24,003 bases of DNA from Patellaria atrata CBS 101060 (Eukaryota). A program made the position numbers and the translations under genes. Below, piece by piece: positions 1 through 11,567 of this stretch; positions within the stretch are counted from its first letter, which is position 1, and every line of letters starts with the position of its first letter. Where the stretch lies: positions 655,121 through 679,123 of the forward strand of contig MU006103.1 of assembly GCA_010093705.1 (NCBI GenBank), given 5' to 3'. The notes under the pieces are model-generated. The model did no database searches and was not told where the DNA came from. It worked only from the letters and a program-made list of their open reading frames with translations.

Positions 1-1735
1 GGTAAAGGATTCAAGCACAAAGGTTAGAAAGCGTATATCATAATCAAATACAAGGATAGGAATGATGTTGGAAGATCGAAATAGAAAGTGGTAGTATTGT
101 AGGGAGCTGGAATAGAGAGCAACTTCCTTTACGGGACAACGCAGAGCTACTTGAACATTTTACCAGACACTATAGATGTTGAGGGTATTATTCCGATTGG
201 TCGTGTTTTTTTTTTGAAGTTGTGGAGTTTCGTGCTGCGTTTTGGCGACGACAGCCGCATTACGGTATAGTTCTAGTTCTAGTTCTATTTTACAGTACTG
301 TACTCGTAGCCTCGTAGGATTTCGAGTTAATGTAAGGCAACCAACGAAGCAAAGCCTTGTTGGACGGACTCTCCGGCACAGGAAACCACAGCACAGCTGA
401 GGAAGGTTCGCGGAATTCTCATAGATATACTATAGCAGATGTTAGCGGTTTCTTTGGCAGCTCGAATTTCGACACTCAATAGCAAGCTCTCTATCTTATG
501 ATTAGAGGGAGATTCCTCCATGAAACTCATTTCGGTCCGTTGAAGATACGCCCTCACCGTTTCTTGTTGGACTCCTCAATTGTTGTATAATATAGATTGG
601 CTCTCTTCACAGACCAGTTGACAATGTGGATAACGTAGTCTCACTGCAGCCCAGTCCATAGGGTCGGGTGGGCCAGTCTGACTGCTCATCAATTGAATTT
701 GTAAGATACCGGTACTCTGGGAGGAGCTCGTGGACCGCTGTAGAACTATTACAGATGAACGGGGTCGTATTGATTACATGAAGATGGAGAGATCCATATG
801 GCTTGTTATATGAATAATGATACATTGCGCTCGAAGGGACGTCCGGCAGAAAAATGAAGATTCGAATATTGGGCGCACAGCACCCAAGAAGCCGCCAATC
901 TTTCGGGGGCTTTTCTGAGGGGAACAACAGCTAAAGCTAGGCATAAGCAGCCCATTAGGGGTTGCTTCCGTCGAGGCATAAGGCGGTGAGGAGAGCCGAC
1001 TACTCTCTAACAAAATCATAACTACTGTACCTTAACTCTCAACAAACCTACTTTTGTATCCTCGCATCACGTTTCGTTATCGACCTATGATACCTCGCGA
1101 TAACCATCTCTTGGACCACATATCTCAAAATCCTTAATGCTGCTTTCCTCCCTCTCCCTCCGCACCTAGTACCTCGAGACGAAAGTTGAGAATCACCTCC
1201 GTACAGACCATGCGTTTATGAGTTAGATCTCGAGCGTATCTGGGTAGGAAAGGTCCCGTAGGATACTTCCAAAGAGCTCGGAAAAGTTGGGAAAATTGTT
1301 AGGGATTAGGTAGGACGAAACGGAACATCTTCACTTGCAAAGAGCGATGATTCTGATTCCCAAGTTATGATCTCCTATTTGACTCGAACTATGACTTACC
1401 TTACGACAACTACTTCTTATAGAGAACTTGTCAAAAACACTTCAACTCCAAACGCAGCGTCAAAAAAACGAGTCGCATCGGAGTGGAACTCTTCGCAAGC
1501 CTTCAAGTATAATGAAGAAACGACAATGATTCTTGTACTGTAGAGTACTTGTTTCCTGACTAGAGGTCACAATCCATGTACTGCACCATTCTACGGAGGT
1601 GTAACTTATCAGTACATTCTCATATCGCTCTTTTTCAAGGACTAGATTTCTGTTCTTCAAAGTAGACTGAAACCACACTTTCAGTATCATTGATTTTCAG
1701 TCACTACCGATCGAACTACCTTACATCAACGTAAC

Positions 1736-1770
1736 CCGTTTTCCGCAATTTCTCCGTTCCATTTTCTCCG
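1736..1770. promoter_or_regulatory. Cluster of four CCG triplets about 270-300 bp upstream of the GH43 start; candidate Zn2Cys6 and CreA-type sites
   Basis: CCG at 1736, 1743, 1754 and 1768 in TTTTCCG/TTTCTCCG contexts. 1743-1756 reads CGG-N8-CGG on the minus strand. CTCCGC at 1766-1771 is the reverse complement of a SYGGRG match. AT-rich TATA-like TATTATAT near 1975. Motif match only. Confidence 0.3.
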
Positions 1771-2035
1771 CAAAGTTCAGCCTGTAATATATTAACAATT
1801 TACATATCCAATAACTCGATCTTAAACTCAAGGCTACCCAGGTATATTTACGATGTGAAGCCAAAAGCCCGGATTCTGATTGATGAAGTACTAGGATTAC
1901 GAGATCATTTCTAGGGATGACGGATCAGCTCCTCCGACTTCAATGTAGCAAAGCATAGGCAGGTCCAAAAGATTTATTATATCTCTTTTTCACCTCTTAC
2001 TTCCAGTCTTGCAACAAAAGACCTGGTTATACGTG

Positions 2036-3779
2036 ATGAAAGTTCTATCATCTGCTACTTGCTGCGCACTCACTCTTTTAGGTGCCGTTACGGCACAGGA
2101 GTCAAACTACACCAACCCAGTAATCCCCGGTTACCGTCCCGATCCTAGCTGCGTTTCGGTCAAAGATACCTTCTACTGCGTTTCATCCTCCTTCAACCAC
2201 TTCCCCGGTCTTCCAGTATATGCTAGCAAGGATCTTGTCAATTGGAGACATATCAGCAACGCCATTCACGATCAAAGTCAAATCGCTAATTACACACAGC
2301 TTCATGGGCAACAGAGAGGTGTTTATGCACCCACAATCAGGTATCACGATGGGAAATTCTATATAATTGTTACTTTCATGAGCGATGGACCACCAATGTT
2401 TAACGCCCTTTTCACCTCAGATGACCCATTTAACCCTCAGTCGTGGGGCCCTCCCCTGAAATGGTCCACACCCGAACTAAGTTCCTTTGATCCTGATATC
2501 TTCTGGGATGACGATGGCCAAGCATATGTGACCGTTCATGTCTTCGATATTGTGGGAGTCAATCAATATCCTCTTAACACTGCCACAGGTGAATATGGTC
2601 AAAACTATAATCTCTGGAACGGAACGGGTGCAGTTTGGCCGGAGGGACCACACATGTACAAGAAAGATGGCTTCTATTATTTGATGCTCGCCGAGGGCGG
2701 TACCGGTCCCGACCACATGGCCACAATTGCACGGTCTAAAAATATCAAGGGACCATATCAACCTTACGAGAACAACCCAATTCTCACCAACCGAGGAACG
2801 GACGAATACTTCCAGGCAGTCGGCCACGCGGACCTCTTTCAAGATTCCACCGGTAATTGGTGGGGATCGGCGCTCTCTGTAAGAACAGGAAGGGTAGCAG
2901 GAGCCACTCCAATGGGCCGCGAAACAGTCCTTTATCCAGTAATGTGGGAAGAAGGGGGATGGCCTCACCCCCGGCCCGTCCGTGGATTTATGAGGGGCCC
3001 GCTCCCGCCCCCCTCGAAAGACGTACCCGGCAAAGGTCCATGGGTGACGGAGGATGATCACTACAACTTCTCAGGCCTCAGTCTCCCGCTGCATTTTGTC
3101 CATTTTCGCCTCCCCCCAGCCAATCTCTACAACATCTCAGACGGCCGACTCATCGTACACCAATCCCCGTCTAATCTCACCGGTCCCGAAACCTTCGATC
3201 CAGAAAAAGATCGCATCGCGTTCATCGGCCGTCGCCAGACACATACGCTATTCACCTTCAGTGTCGACCTCGAATTTACTCCACGAACCTCAGGGGAAGA
3301 AGCAGGCATCACCCTGTTCCTAACCCAGTATCAGCACGCGGACCTCGGCATCATCAACCTTAACGGCACCCGTCAGGCAAGGTTTCGCACGACTGCCGTC
3401 GGCGCCGATAGCTGGAAGAATATCCCCCGAGAAACAACCAAGGTGGTTCCGCTCTCCAGGGACCAGCCAGTACGCCTCCAGATCCAAGCTGTCAGCGATA
3501 GTGAATATGAATTTTCGTTTAGGGCTGATGCGGAAGGAACGGAGCGAGTTGTCGTGGGAACTGTTGGGGCGGGCTTGGTCGCTGGTGGTATGGGGCAGTT
3601 TATTGGTAGGTTTCGTGTATCTCTTTAAGCGGTCTGTGGCTAACGGAGTTTTAGGTGCGCTAGTTGGTGTATATGCGACGGGTAATGGGGCCGAGGGTGT
3701 GACTCCTGCATCTTTCGCCCGGTGGGAGTATGAGGGTCAGGGACAGATGGTTGATTATGATGTTGTTGTGGGATCTTGA
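2036..3779 (+). CDS. Secreted glycoside hydrolase family 43 (beta-xylosidase / alpha-L-arabinofuranosidase) with C-terminal beta-sandwich domain; 2 exons (2036-3605, 3655-3779)
   Basis: ATG 2036 starts a signal peptide (MKVLSSATCCALTLLGAVTA). GH43 motifs NPVIPGYRPDPS, SSSFNHFPGLP, YAPTIRYHDG, FDPDIFWDDDG, WPEGPHMYK and GHADLF include the three catalytic acids. Intron 3606-3654 (GTAGGT...GCTAAC...TTAG) joins GQFIG to ALVGVYATGNG, the usual C-terminal strand; stop TGA 3777-3779. Confidence 0.95.
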
Positions 3780-4942
3780 GGGTAACGTGTACAGATCTAG
3801 TGAGTAAATGCGACGAATGGTCACAGCTGACTTCCGTGGTTTGAGATAATGAAAAGGAATAACCCGGGTATTCTATCATTCGGTAAAAATCACCCTATTT
3901 AACGTAATGAGTCTACTACTTTATCCAACTATATGCCTCATACATGCCTTTCCAAGTTAAATCGTGAGCGGCAATTGGGACCAATGAAAGAGCTTATTGA
4001 TATTGAATATGGACCGTCGGTTATCGATGAAGATACATCTCTTTGCAATCGGTCCCGTAGGATCAATCTAAGCAGTTTACTTGAGATTGATCCATCAACG
4101 ATCACATCCCATCAAGAATGGGCCAACGGTCTACGCACCGAAATTTAACCTTCTCTACACCTTTGACATAGGACATATGGGGTAGGACGTCATTTTGCCT
4201 CTTCGAGTCTTTAAAATTCGAGAGGATGCACCATGGCACATGTTAGAGAGAGGGTATTACGATCAAAAGGCTAACCCAAACCGCGCCATGCCCTACCAAT
4301 TCGGTACGTTGGAAGGGTGGGATCAGAAAAAAAGGGTCAAGTTTCCCACTTCGACTGCCGGAGTAATTTTTCTCAACTAGACGAACTCCCCGCATACGTG
4401 ACGTTTCCCGCAATGGAAGTCTGTCAATTTCAGACGAGAGGACAGCGTCAACAGGCACTTAGTTAATTTCTTCCACCCCAAGTAGACCATCAATCGCAGA
4501 AGATGAAGTCTCGCAATTATGTGAAGATGAGCCTAGCGGCGATCCCGTTTCTGCGCTCTTTGGAAAACACACCTTCACAATGTTCTTGTTGGAGAATTCG
4601 ACAATGGCATGTGTCCTGCTACCAATAACATTGTTCAAACCCTCGACATTGTCGAATTCGGTCAAATAGTTCTGCCGAATAAAGAATAAGGAAAAGACGA
4701 ATAGAAAAGGAGAAGAAATTTTAATGAGTCTGCTATAGAATACTTAAGAACGAGATTCTTAACTAGCAAATCCCTCCCCTACTAGACCTAGCCCCTATCA
4801 TACACCCACAGGTAAATTCGAATCCAAACAACCGATCTACCAAGTCGATTACCTCTACAGTGTCATATCTGACACCGCAGTCAATCCCATCTTAGGCTGT
4901 GCAATCCACAGGTAAAGGTAACGCTCTCGGGTGACCGACTCA

Positions 4943-5341
4943 ATGGCTATAGAAGCTGCCGAAAGAAACGTTAGTTCATCTGGCACTGCACTCATGAAGC
5001 GAGAGGTCCCATGTCCAAATAACCCTACTATTAGAGCGCTTCGCGGCGAGATGATTGACTCGTTAGCAAGTCCTTCTGGGAAAGAAATAACGTTACCCGT
5101 CAACGAATCCAGGATTGCAAGTCTTAGAACGCTTTATACGGAACCCTTACCGAAAAGCTCCCCTAGGGAGCAGATAGACGCTCACGTCAATGATTCTAGA
5201 ATCGATGATATTCAGAGCCAGGTATGTCACTCCTTCAAAACTACAACTGGTAGAGAAATAACCTCCCATCTGAATGAGGGTTTGATTGTAGAACTTAGAG
5301 CCCGTTGTGCAGCTCGAACTACAACAACTAAGCCTTCGTAA
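4943..5341 (+). CDS. Hypothetical ~132-aa protein with about four degenerate ~28-residue repeats
   Basis: Open frame after TAA at 4919-4921, first ATG at 4943. Internal repeats KREVPCP-NNPTIRALRG / GKEITLPVNESRIASLRT / REQIDAHVNDSRIDDIQS / GREITSHLNEGLIVELRA, with conserved Asn spaced 27, 29 and 28 residues. Gene boundaries uncertain. Confidence 0.5.
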   Translation: MAIEAAERNVSSSGTALMKREVPCPNNPTIRALRGEMIDSLASPSGKEITLPVNESRIASLRTLYTEPLPKSSPREQIDAHVNDSRIDDIQSQVCHSFKTTTGREITSHLNEGLIVELRARCAARTTTTKPS

Positions 5342-6057
5342 GGGTTTATACCTCAATGTATTCCCCATACGAATAGGCTCATTGCAAGGCTCCCTCTGAA
5401 AGTGTTGACCGGTTCATTTCTGCCGGTACTGTCCATAGAGTGTTCCATCCAAGTAAAGCTGGCTTCATGCTTACGGCCATAATATCATGCTAGAAATTGA
5501 TAATTATTTCGATATTTACTTTGAGACTTATGTGCGTAGTGAATCAATCACTGTCCAAAAAACAAGAAATGTAGTTCTTACAACTTTAGAAATTATTTCC
5601 GCGTTTTCTAGCCTCGAATGATATATTATATGAAATCATATTTTGTAATTCTCGCATGTGCAAAATAGTCGCACAGAAATTAAGTCTATAGGTATCATAG
5701 CTCAACCTCAGATAGAAGCTGGAAGGTATATTGCTATATGTATATGAAGCTTAAACTTAAGGAAAGAAAGTGTTGGGACAGCTTATGCTGTTCTACTAAA
5801 GTACAATATGACTAAGCCGCTGGATCACCCAAGGCACTTATACCTATCGGGTCTAACCCGTGACAAAGCTCATCTTGTCATCAAACCTATCAATTGGTAA
5901 GAAGATTGGCAAACCCTTTTCACCCCGATACCAACGAAATAAAGTCAAACTTCCCTTGCTAGCCAAGTACAAAGACTAAAATGAGGATGTATCTCCTTAT
6001 CACTAATCGCGTTGGACCTTTTTCAGTTGATCTGTTTGTGAGCGGCCTCTAGAAATT

Positions 6058-6848
6058 GTGTTCCAACTATCTAGTCCAGATGCTATCTACAATCAAGATA
6101 AAGGAGAAAAGAAGAGTCTGAGGGCAGATTTGAGGAAAATATTACTGGCTGATCTTCGGATGCAGGGCGCGCCCATACCACTAGGCTCTAGCCTGTTACA
6201 CTGTTGGCCATCCCATGCGTACGATATCGCTGACTTCCTCCTTCAGCTCCCTTTAAACTCACGGAACTACGTCGCGAACATTGTTGGGTATGCACACAGC
6301 TGGCGGACAGTTGATATTCTTGTTGCGGCTCTATTAGTTGTCATTGAATCCTCTACATGCTACCAGCGCTATTCATCGGGGAAAAGAACATACCAACATG
6401 TCAAAGGAAAGGTCAATGGTTATATAATGGGGGTTAGGGCCTGTATCCAAAGAGTCGAAAACGATATCCACACGTTTAGCTATGGTAGCGGGAAGGTGTA
6501 CTATTACGAATTCCTTTCCCTTCTATTCATCTCGTGCAAGGGGAGCTACTCTGCATGCGGATAACCTTTACCTGAAACCCCTTCGTTCCCGCTACTCCTA
6601 TTTCGCCATCTAACTGGGCGTTTCCAAATATCGTAGACTTGCATAAGGCCTGCACCCTTAGGCCCAACTTTAACTTGTACGGGCGCGATGTTAACCTCAT
6701 CTCTAACATCGAATTTAGGAAGGGTTTTAGCAGGACGGTAACTTGGCATGGAAGGCAAGTGGCGAGGTGGAAATACTGGGGAGCCGCGAGGAGTCTCGTT
6801 GATCGAGCACTGTGGTGGGAAGTTGAAAATTCTGGGGCGCGTGAATGA
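6058..6848 (+). pseudogene. Possible degraded gene of unknown family (two out-of-frame ORF segments)
   Basis: 168-aa and 69-aa same-strand ORFs with protein-like composition, separated by stops and a frame change near 6540-6640. No recognisable motif and no clear ATG or splice solution. Confidence 0.25.
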
Positions 6849-7659
6849 CCCAAACAGTACGAGAGAAGGGGTTTTAGACGCTATCTACGACAAATTATCG
6901 TGTATGGATAATGCCGTGTTGTAGAGTGAGTTAGTCTCCAGAGGGAAAGACTAGTTCTGCCGGAGGTATAGGAGTGACAAGCCTTCGGTGCGGTGGGATT
7001 AGCTAAGTTCCTACTGAATAGTTAATCAAATAATGTTGTAGAAATAGATGAATGGAATCTGTGGAGAACATACTGTATTATACTGAGAGATGTGAACGTT
7101 TGCTGCACTTGGCAAGACCGATGACTTTTGGCCAAGCACTAAGAATGTAGTTTGGAGCACACCATGTAAAAGTACCTCAGTCTCTTTCCGTTTTTAGCTT
7201 TCAAGCGCCTGACCGATTGCGAGAATTCCGTGGGGTTAAGCAGTAGCCCTTAAATCAATACAGAGATATCGTCTTGAAAGAATGATATTGTAACAGGAAC
7301 GACGTCGCGTCAGCCCCGTTGCTTTGAATAAAGTTGATAAGGAAGTACACTTTAGTACTGATTATAACTTCCATAGTCTGTACATGAAAGAAAGTAAAAG
7401 GTAACGGAGGACGTTGAAAGTTCAGATCTTGGAGGATTAAGGACGGTCTAAGAGGCTTCCGGAGGATGCGCAAAGGGAGTAGGTCCGAAACTTTGAAGAC
7501 CGAGATATGCTAAAGAAGATTGCTGATAATTCCTACTCTGTAGACGCTGATTCGATATGTCTTTCATTTCCCTTGCTCTTGATATGTTTAATAACCCTCT
7601 GCGACGTAAAAAAATTCTACTGTTCTATTCATAATTTGGTAGGAAGGCGTTTGAAGCGC

Positions 7660-9389
7660 CTAAAACCGAAACTCACCATTTTCAACGACGGAGTCGAGAA
7701 TAACATCCCCCATTGACTTCGCGACTAACTTTAGTATGTCCTTTAACCACTGTCTTTGAGGCTCTGGCGTACCATCTGTACTGACGGCAATAGTTAAGGG
7801 CCAGGCCAGAAGTACAGCGATCTTTGGTAGAACCTCGTTCTTTGAAGTAAAGGGTCGTTGCTCGATTCCATTACAATCTTCCCGTGTAACGATGAGCGAG
7901 TAATGAAAGAAGAAAGGTATCGAGCGGCATAGGTCATTGACCAATGAATTCATGGTACGTAGATAAGTGTTATGCGCTGCGACCCTCTGCGGGGATGGAA
8001 ATCTATATTGGGAAAGCATTGAAAGGGATCGAATGCCTATACTGTTCACTATGAGACGTGTGGCGTAATACCGATTCCAGGTGGATGCATGTCCCAGAGT
8101 TTGATAAGTATACATAGAGCTAACATTGGGATAGCAGGGGTTGGGTAAGATTAAGCACGAAGTAAATTCCCGAACAGATGATTTCCACTCTTGGGGAACT
8201 GCACGAGACCACGAATCAAGAGCGAAGTCGAGAGTTTCAGCTTCAACTACAATCCTTTCCCAGTACTTTACTTCGGAAAAGACTGGTAGGCTTTCTGCAC
8301 GGAAGAGACGTAAGGATTTAGCTCGAAGGGCGGCCACCTGTACCATGAGTGAGTCCAATTCTAGAGCTGGGCCCTCCTCGCCATAGTAAGTTCCGTCTCG
8401 AAGCCATTCCGGGATACAAACGCCGCGTAGAATACATGTACGAATCTATAAAGGTAAATCTTAGAATATGATCTAGAACTGGCCATGTCATAAAGTTCGC
8501 TTACAATCTGTCTTCGAACCATTCGGCCTAGTTGTAGACTGTGTGGAACTCCAAGGTCTTTTCGCAGCTTTAAGAGACCCGAAACCCCCTCAATATGACA
8601 AACAGTTTGCCAGAAACGAGAACCAACTGCATCTGACGCTTTAGGAGAGGCCACAACACTGTGGTGTCTTTCATCGCCATACATAATGTTCTACAAGATA
8701 TCAATTACTGGGGAAAGTGTAGGCTTAGTGTCAATACTGAGATAAACAAACCTCGTAGCTATTCATCAACATGATCGTAATAAGGAGTTGGTCGATACCC
8801 TCGTTGTCCATTGTATTCATTTCTCTGTAAGTTTTGACAATTCCTCGAGCATAAGCCGTATCCGCGATTTGCATGGCATTTGCAAATTGCCTGGCTCGAC
8901 CGAAGACCGCATGCGAAAAAGCAGATAGTGCATGGTGTATACTTGAGTCCGGTCTAGCGCGAGCCAATACCAGCAGAACGTAGGAGCTGTACTCGTGCCC
9001 AATATCAGGTAGCTCCTCAAGGCGAAATGCGAAGTTTCTTGCCCAGTAATGAAGCGCGTGGGTCTCCAAAGGTAATGACAATGGAGAAGGAATGGTTGAG
9101 ACCGAAGGATTTGTAAATGCTACTACCTTAGGAATTGTTTCTCTCCCTAATCTGGGTCGTCTACGTTGGCCTTGTGCAAAAGCATTTTCGTTCTTGAAGT
9201 GCACTCCCTCTGCATCATTCGGATTCCAAACGCAAACTCGACCTGCTTTACAACATCGACCACAGGAAGGTTTAAGGGTGTCGCACTGAGAACTGGGTTA
9301 ATCAAGATAAGATTATACTCGAAGATGGATCTACCTACTTTGATGCGGCGCTTCTTGCATGTTTGACAAGCAGGGCTGGGGAAAACCAT
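7660..9389 (-). CDS. Zn(II)2Cys6 fungal transcription factor, about 518 aa; 4 exons (9389-9339, 9285-8752, 8690-8505, 8445-7660)
   Basis: Splicing intron 9338-9286 yields CQTCKKRRIKCDTLKPSCGRCCKAGRVC (C-x2-C-x6-C-x6-C-x2-C-x6-C). Introns 8751-8691 and 8504-8446 are GT-AG, phase 0, and give a stop-free frame through the ALSAFSHA / LMNSYENIM / WNRYYATR / LLAWPL segments typical of fungal TF C-terminal domains. Confidence 0.93.
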
Positions 9390-9800
9390 TCTTAGAAGAA
9401 CGTATTTTATCAATCTAAGTAATGAAGATCTAATGGTTTTTCTAAAGCACCTTATCCGGGAATAACATCTCTTGAGCAAGTTGCGATTATCAAGGTAAAA
9501 CTAATGCTACAGCTGTAAAATGAGCTTTATCGTAAAGGGGATCACAAGCAGCAAACAATGAACGAAGAGATATGATTAGAGGGGCGATGAGAGACAATGG
9601 TATTCTGAAAAGCTCAGGATTTGATGAAGACTTCACTGTAATAAGAGTAATGTAGGAAGACGTTGAGGAGAATTCCAAAGTTGAAAGAGGAGTGCAAATG
9701 TTCCATTTTTGCCGCTTAGGTTGCCGTAGAACTTAGGAGTAGATCATAGGGCAGAATTAAGGGCAGTGAAAGACTTGGCGAGCTAAGACTTTCGACATGA

Positions 9801-10093
9801 CCATCCATCATCCATCATCCATCATCCATCATCCATCATCCATCATCCATCATCCATCATCCATCATCCATCATCCATCATCCATCATCCATCATCCNNN
9901 NNNNNNNNNNNNNNNNNNNNNNNNNNNNNNNNNNNNNNNNNNNNNNNNNNNNNNNNNNNNNNNNNNNNNNNNNNNNNNNNNNNNNNNNNNNNNNNNNATC
10001 CATCATCCATCATCCATCATCCATCATCCATCATCCATCATCCATCATCCATCATCCATCATCCATCATCCATCATCCATCATCCATCATCCC
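9801..10093 (+). repeat. Heptamer tandem repeat (CCATCAT)n, about 13 units visible on each side of an assembly gap
   Basis: Perfect CCATCAT iterations from 9805 to 9897 and from 9998 to about 10091; true length unknown. Confidence 0.97.
9898..9997. other. Assembly gap (100 N)
   Basis: Exactly 100 N, the usual placeholder for a gap of unknown size, embedded in the heptamer array. Confidence 0.99.
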
Positions 10094-10157
10094 TCATCTT
10101 TCCTTTATCCCTTACCAACCGAGTTACGATTTTGGATTAAGCGGATTTATATGCCAG

Positions 10158-11567
10158 ATGCCGGGAGGTCGTACTAGCAGTAAACGAAATCTCTCTCATC
10201 CTTATTCCTCTCCCCCTTACCGACCAAAGCGCCGTCCTCCCAAGTCACCTCTGTCGCACCCACCTCCCCCATCTTCTCCACCCACACCGGAAAAGCAGAG
10301 CAGTTTGCGGGACCCCAACCGAATTCTCCTTACCAGGGAAGCTCTGCGGAAGCACCAACGTGCCACCAAAGCATCAACTCATCAGACGAGGGACGGCGCA
10401 GACAAGCGCATGGAAACTCGGTAGACTTGGTTCAATCCGTGACTAGAGACTCTAGAGCCAGTGCAGCTATTCAAACTTGTGTCAAAGAAGTGAATTCCCA
10501 TGTGGAAGATCTCCGCGGCGTACATAATCATCTCACCTTGGCCTGAACAAGGTAATAGAAAGCTAATGTGCTGATTGATAGTTTCCGATTCCAGAAATAG
10601 AGTCTGAAGAGGAAGTGGAGTCATTGGAAAGTGAAGAATTCATGACACCTTCCAAAACTAAACGGAAACCCAACGGTTCTCAGACATCCAGCCAATCAAA
10701 GAGATACCAGTGCGAGAGCTCCACCGGAAGAACGACCAAGTCCGGTACATATGATGGAGACCTTGAGTACTACCTTAAGAGGGATGACATGTGGAACCTA
10801 GATATCTCAGACCCCACGAATCTGATAGACTTGCAGAATATGCTTCGCCAACCCCTACCCCAGGACGACAATGCTCATACCGATTTCATTGCATTCAAAG
10901 CTGCCTTCAAGGCGGCTAAAGACGGGAGGGAAGTCAGGGACTGTTTCACACCAAAGCTCTTAGGCATTGGGGAGGTTTTGCAAGCGGGGCTGACAAACAT
11001 TTCACCAATTACGAGCCCCTCGTGGAGGAGGTGAAAGTGAAGAACGCTATACCGGATACATACTACGGCGCAGACCCCCTCCGTCTTGAACTCCGGGTAC
11101 GCGAAGATCTCAGTCACTTTGTACAACCCAAGAAGGATTTAGGGTGGCCCGTTCTGCCGTCCTTCTTCATTGAAGTCAAAGGACCCGAGGGCAATGCTGC
11201 TGTTCTCAAGCGTCAATCAGTATATGACAGTGTTCTAACTGCACGTAGAATCCAGCATCTTCGTACCTACTATTGTGATGACGAGGATGAGTTATTCGAT
11301 GGCGCTGCATACGTGCTGTGTGCCACTTTTAATGATGGACGTCTAAGGTTTTACGCAACTCATGTTGTACGTGCCTCAAACCGTAACGGTATGAAAAATC
11401 ATCACACTGAAATCATGGACTTTGCGATCGATAACCGGCAAGACGAATTTGTTAAAGCTCGCGCTGCGATGTGGAATGCGCGACAATGGACTGATGACCG
11501 GAGGAACGAAATGATCGATGCTGCGAATGCTTTTCGGCCAGCTCAGGGGGACCAGCACGGTAGTTGA
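10158..11567 (+). pseudogene. Frameshifted fungal PD-(D/E)XK nuclease-like gene (uncharacterised ascomycete family, possibly DUF7924-like)
   Basis: Pro/Ser-rich N-terminus with LTREALRKHQR; EDLRG followed by intron 10520-10581 (GTACAT...GCTAAT...TAG) into FPIPE; core IPDTYYGA...PVLPSFFIEVKGPEGNAAVLKRQSVYD...WNARQWTDDRRNEMIDAAN. The frame is broken between about 10380 and 10500 (TAG 10422 plus a frame change) and again at about 10966-10982. Family assignment is from recalled motif resemblance. Confidence 0.7.

Noticed and set aside
268..320. (TAGTTC)x3, ACAGTACTGT palindrome and CTCGTAG duplication
   Set aside because: Short low-complexity repeats with no partner elsewhere that would indicate a transposon end.
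327..1019. Three short minus-strand ORFs that might form a gene relic
   Set aside because: No recognisable motif and no consistent splice model.
2477..3323. 194-aa antisense ORF and other alternate-frame ORFs within the GH43 gene
   Set aside because: Shadow frames of GC-rich coding sequence.
3933..4665. Short ORFs downstream of GH43 on both strands
   Set aside because: No motif or convincing exon chain; cannot be supported as coding.
5222..5253. GTATGT...TAG potential intron in the repeat ORF
   Set aside because: Only 32 nt, shorter than every other intron here, and removal would break the frame and repeat spacing.
9801..10093. Repeat array as CRISPR or telomere
   Set aside because: No spacers, eukaryotic context, and the unit is not TTAGGG-like.
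9797..10177. 126-aa HHPSSII-repeat ORF
   Set aside because: Artefact of translating the stop-free heptamer satellite across an N gap.
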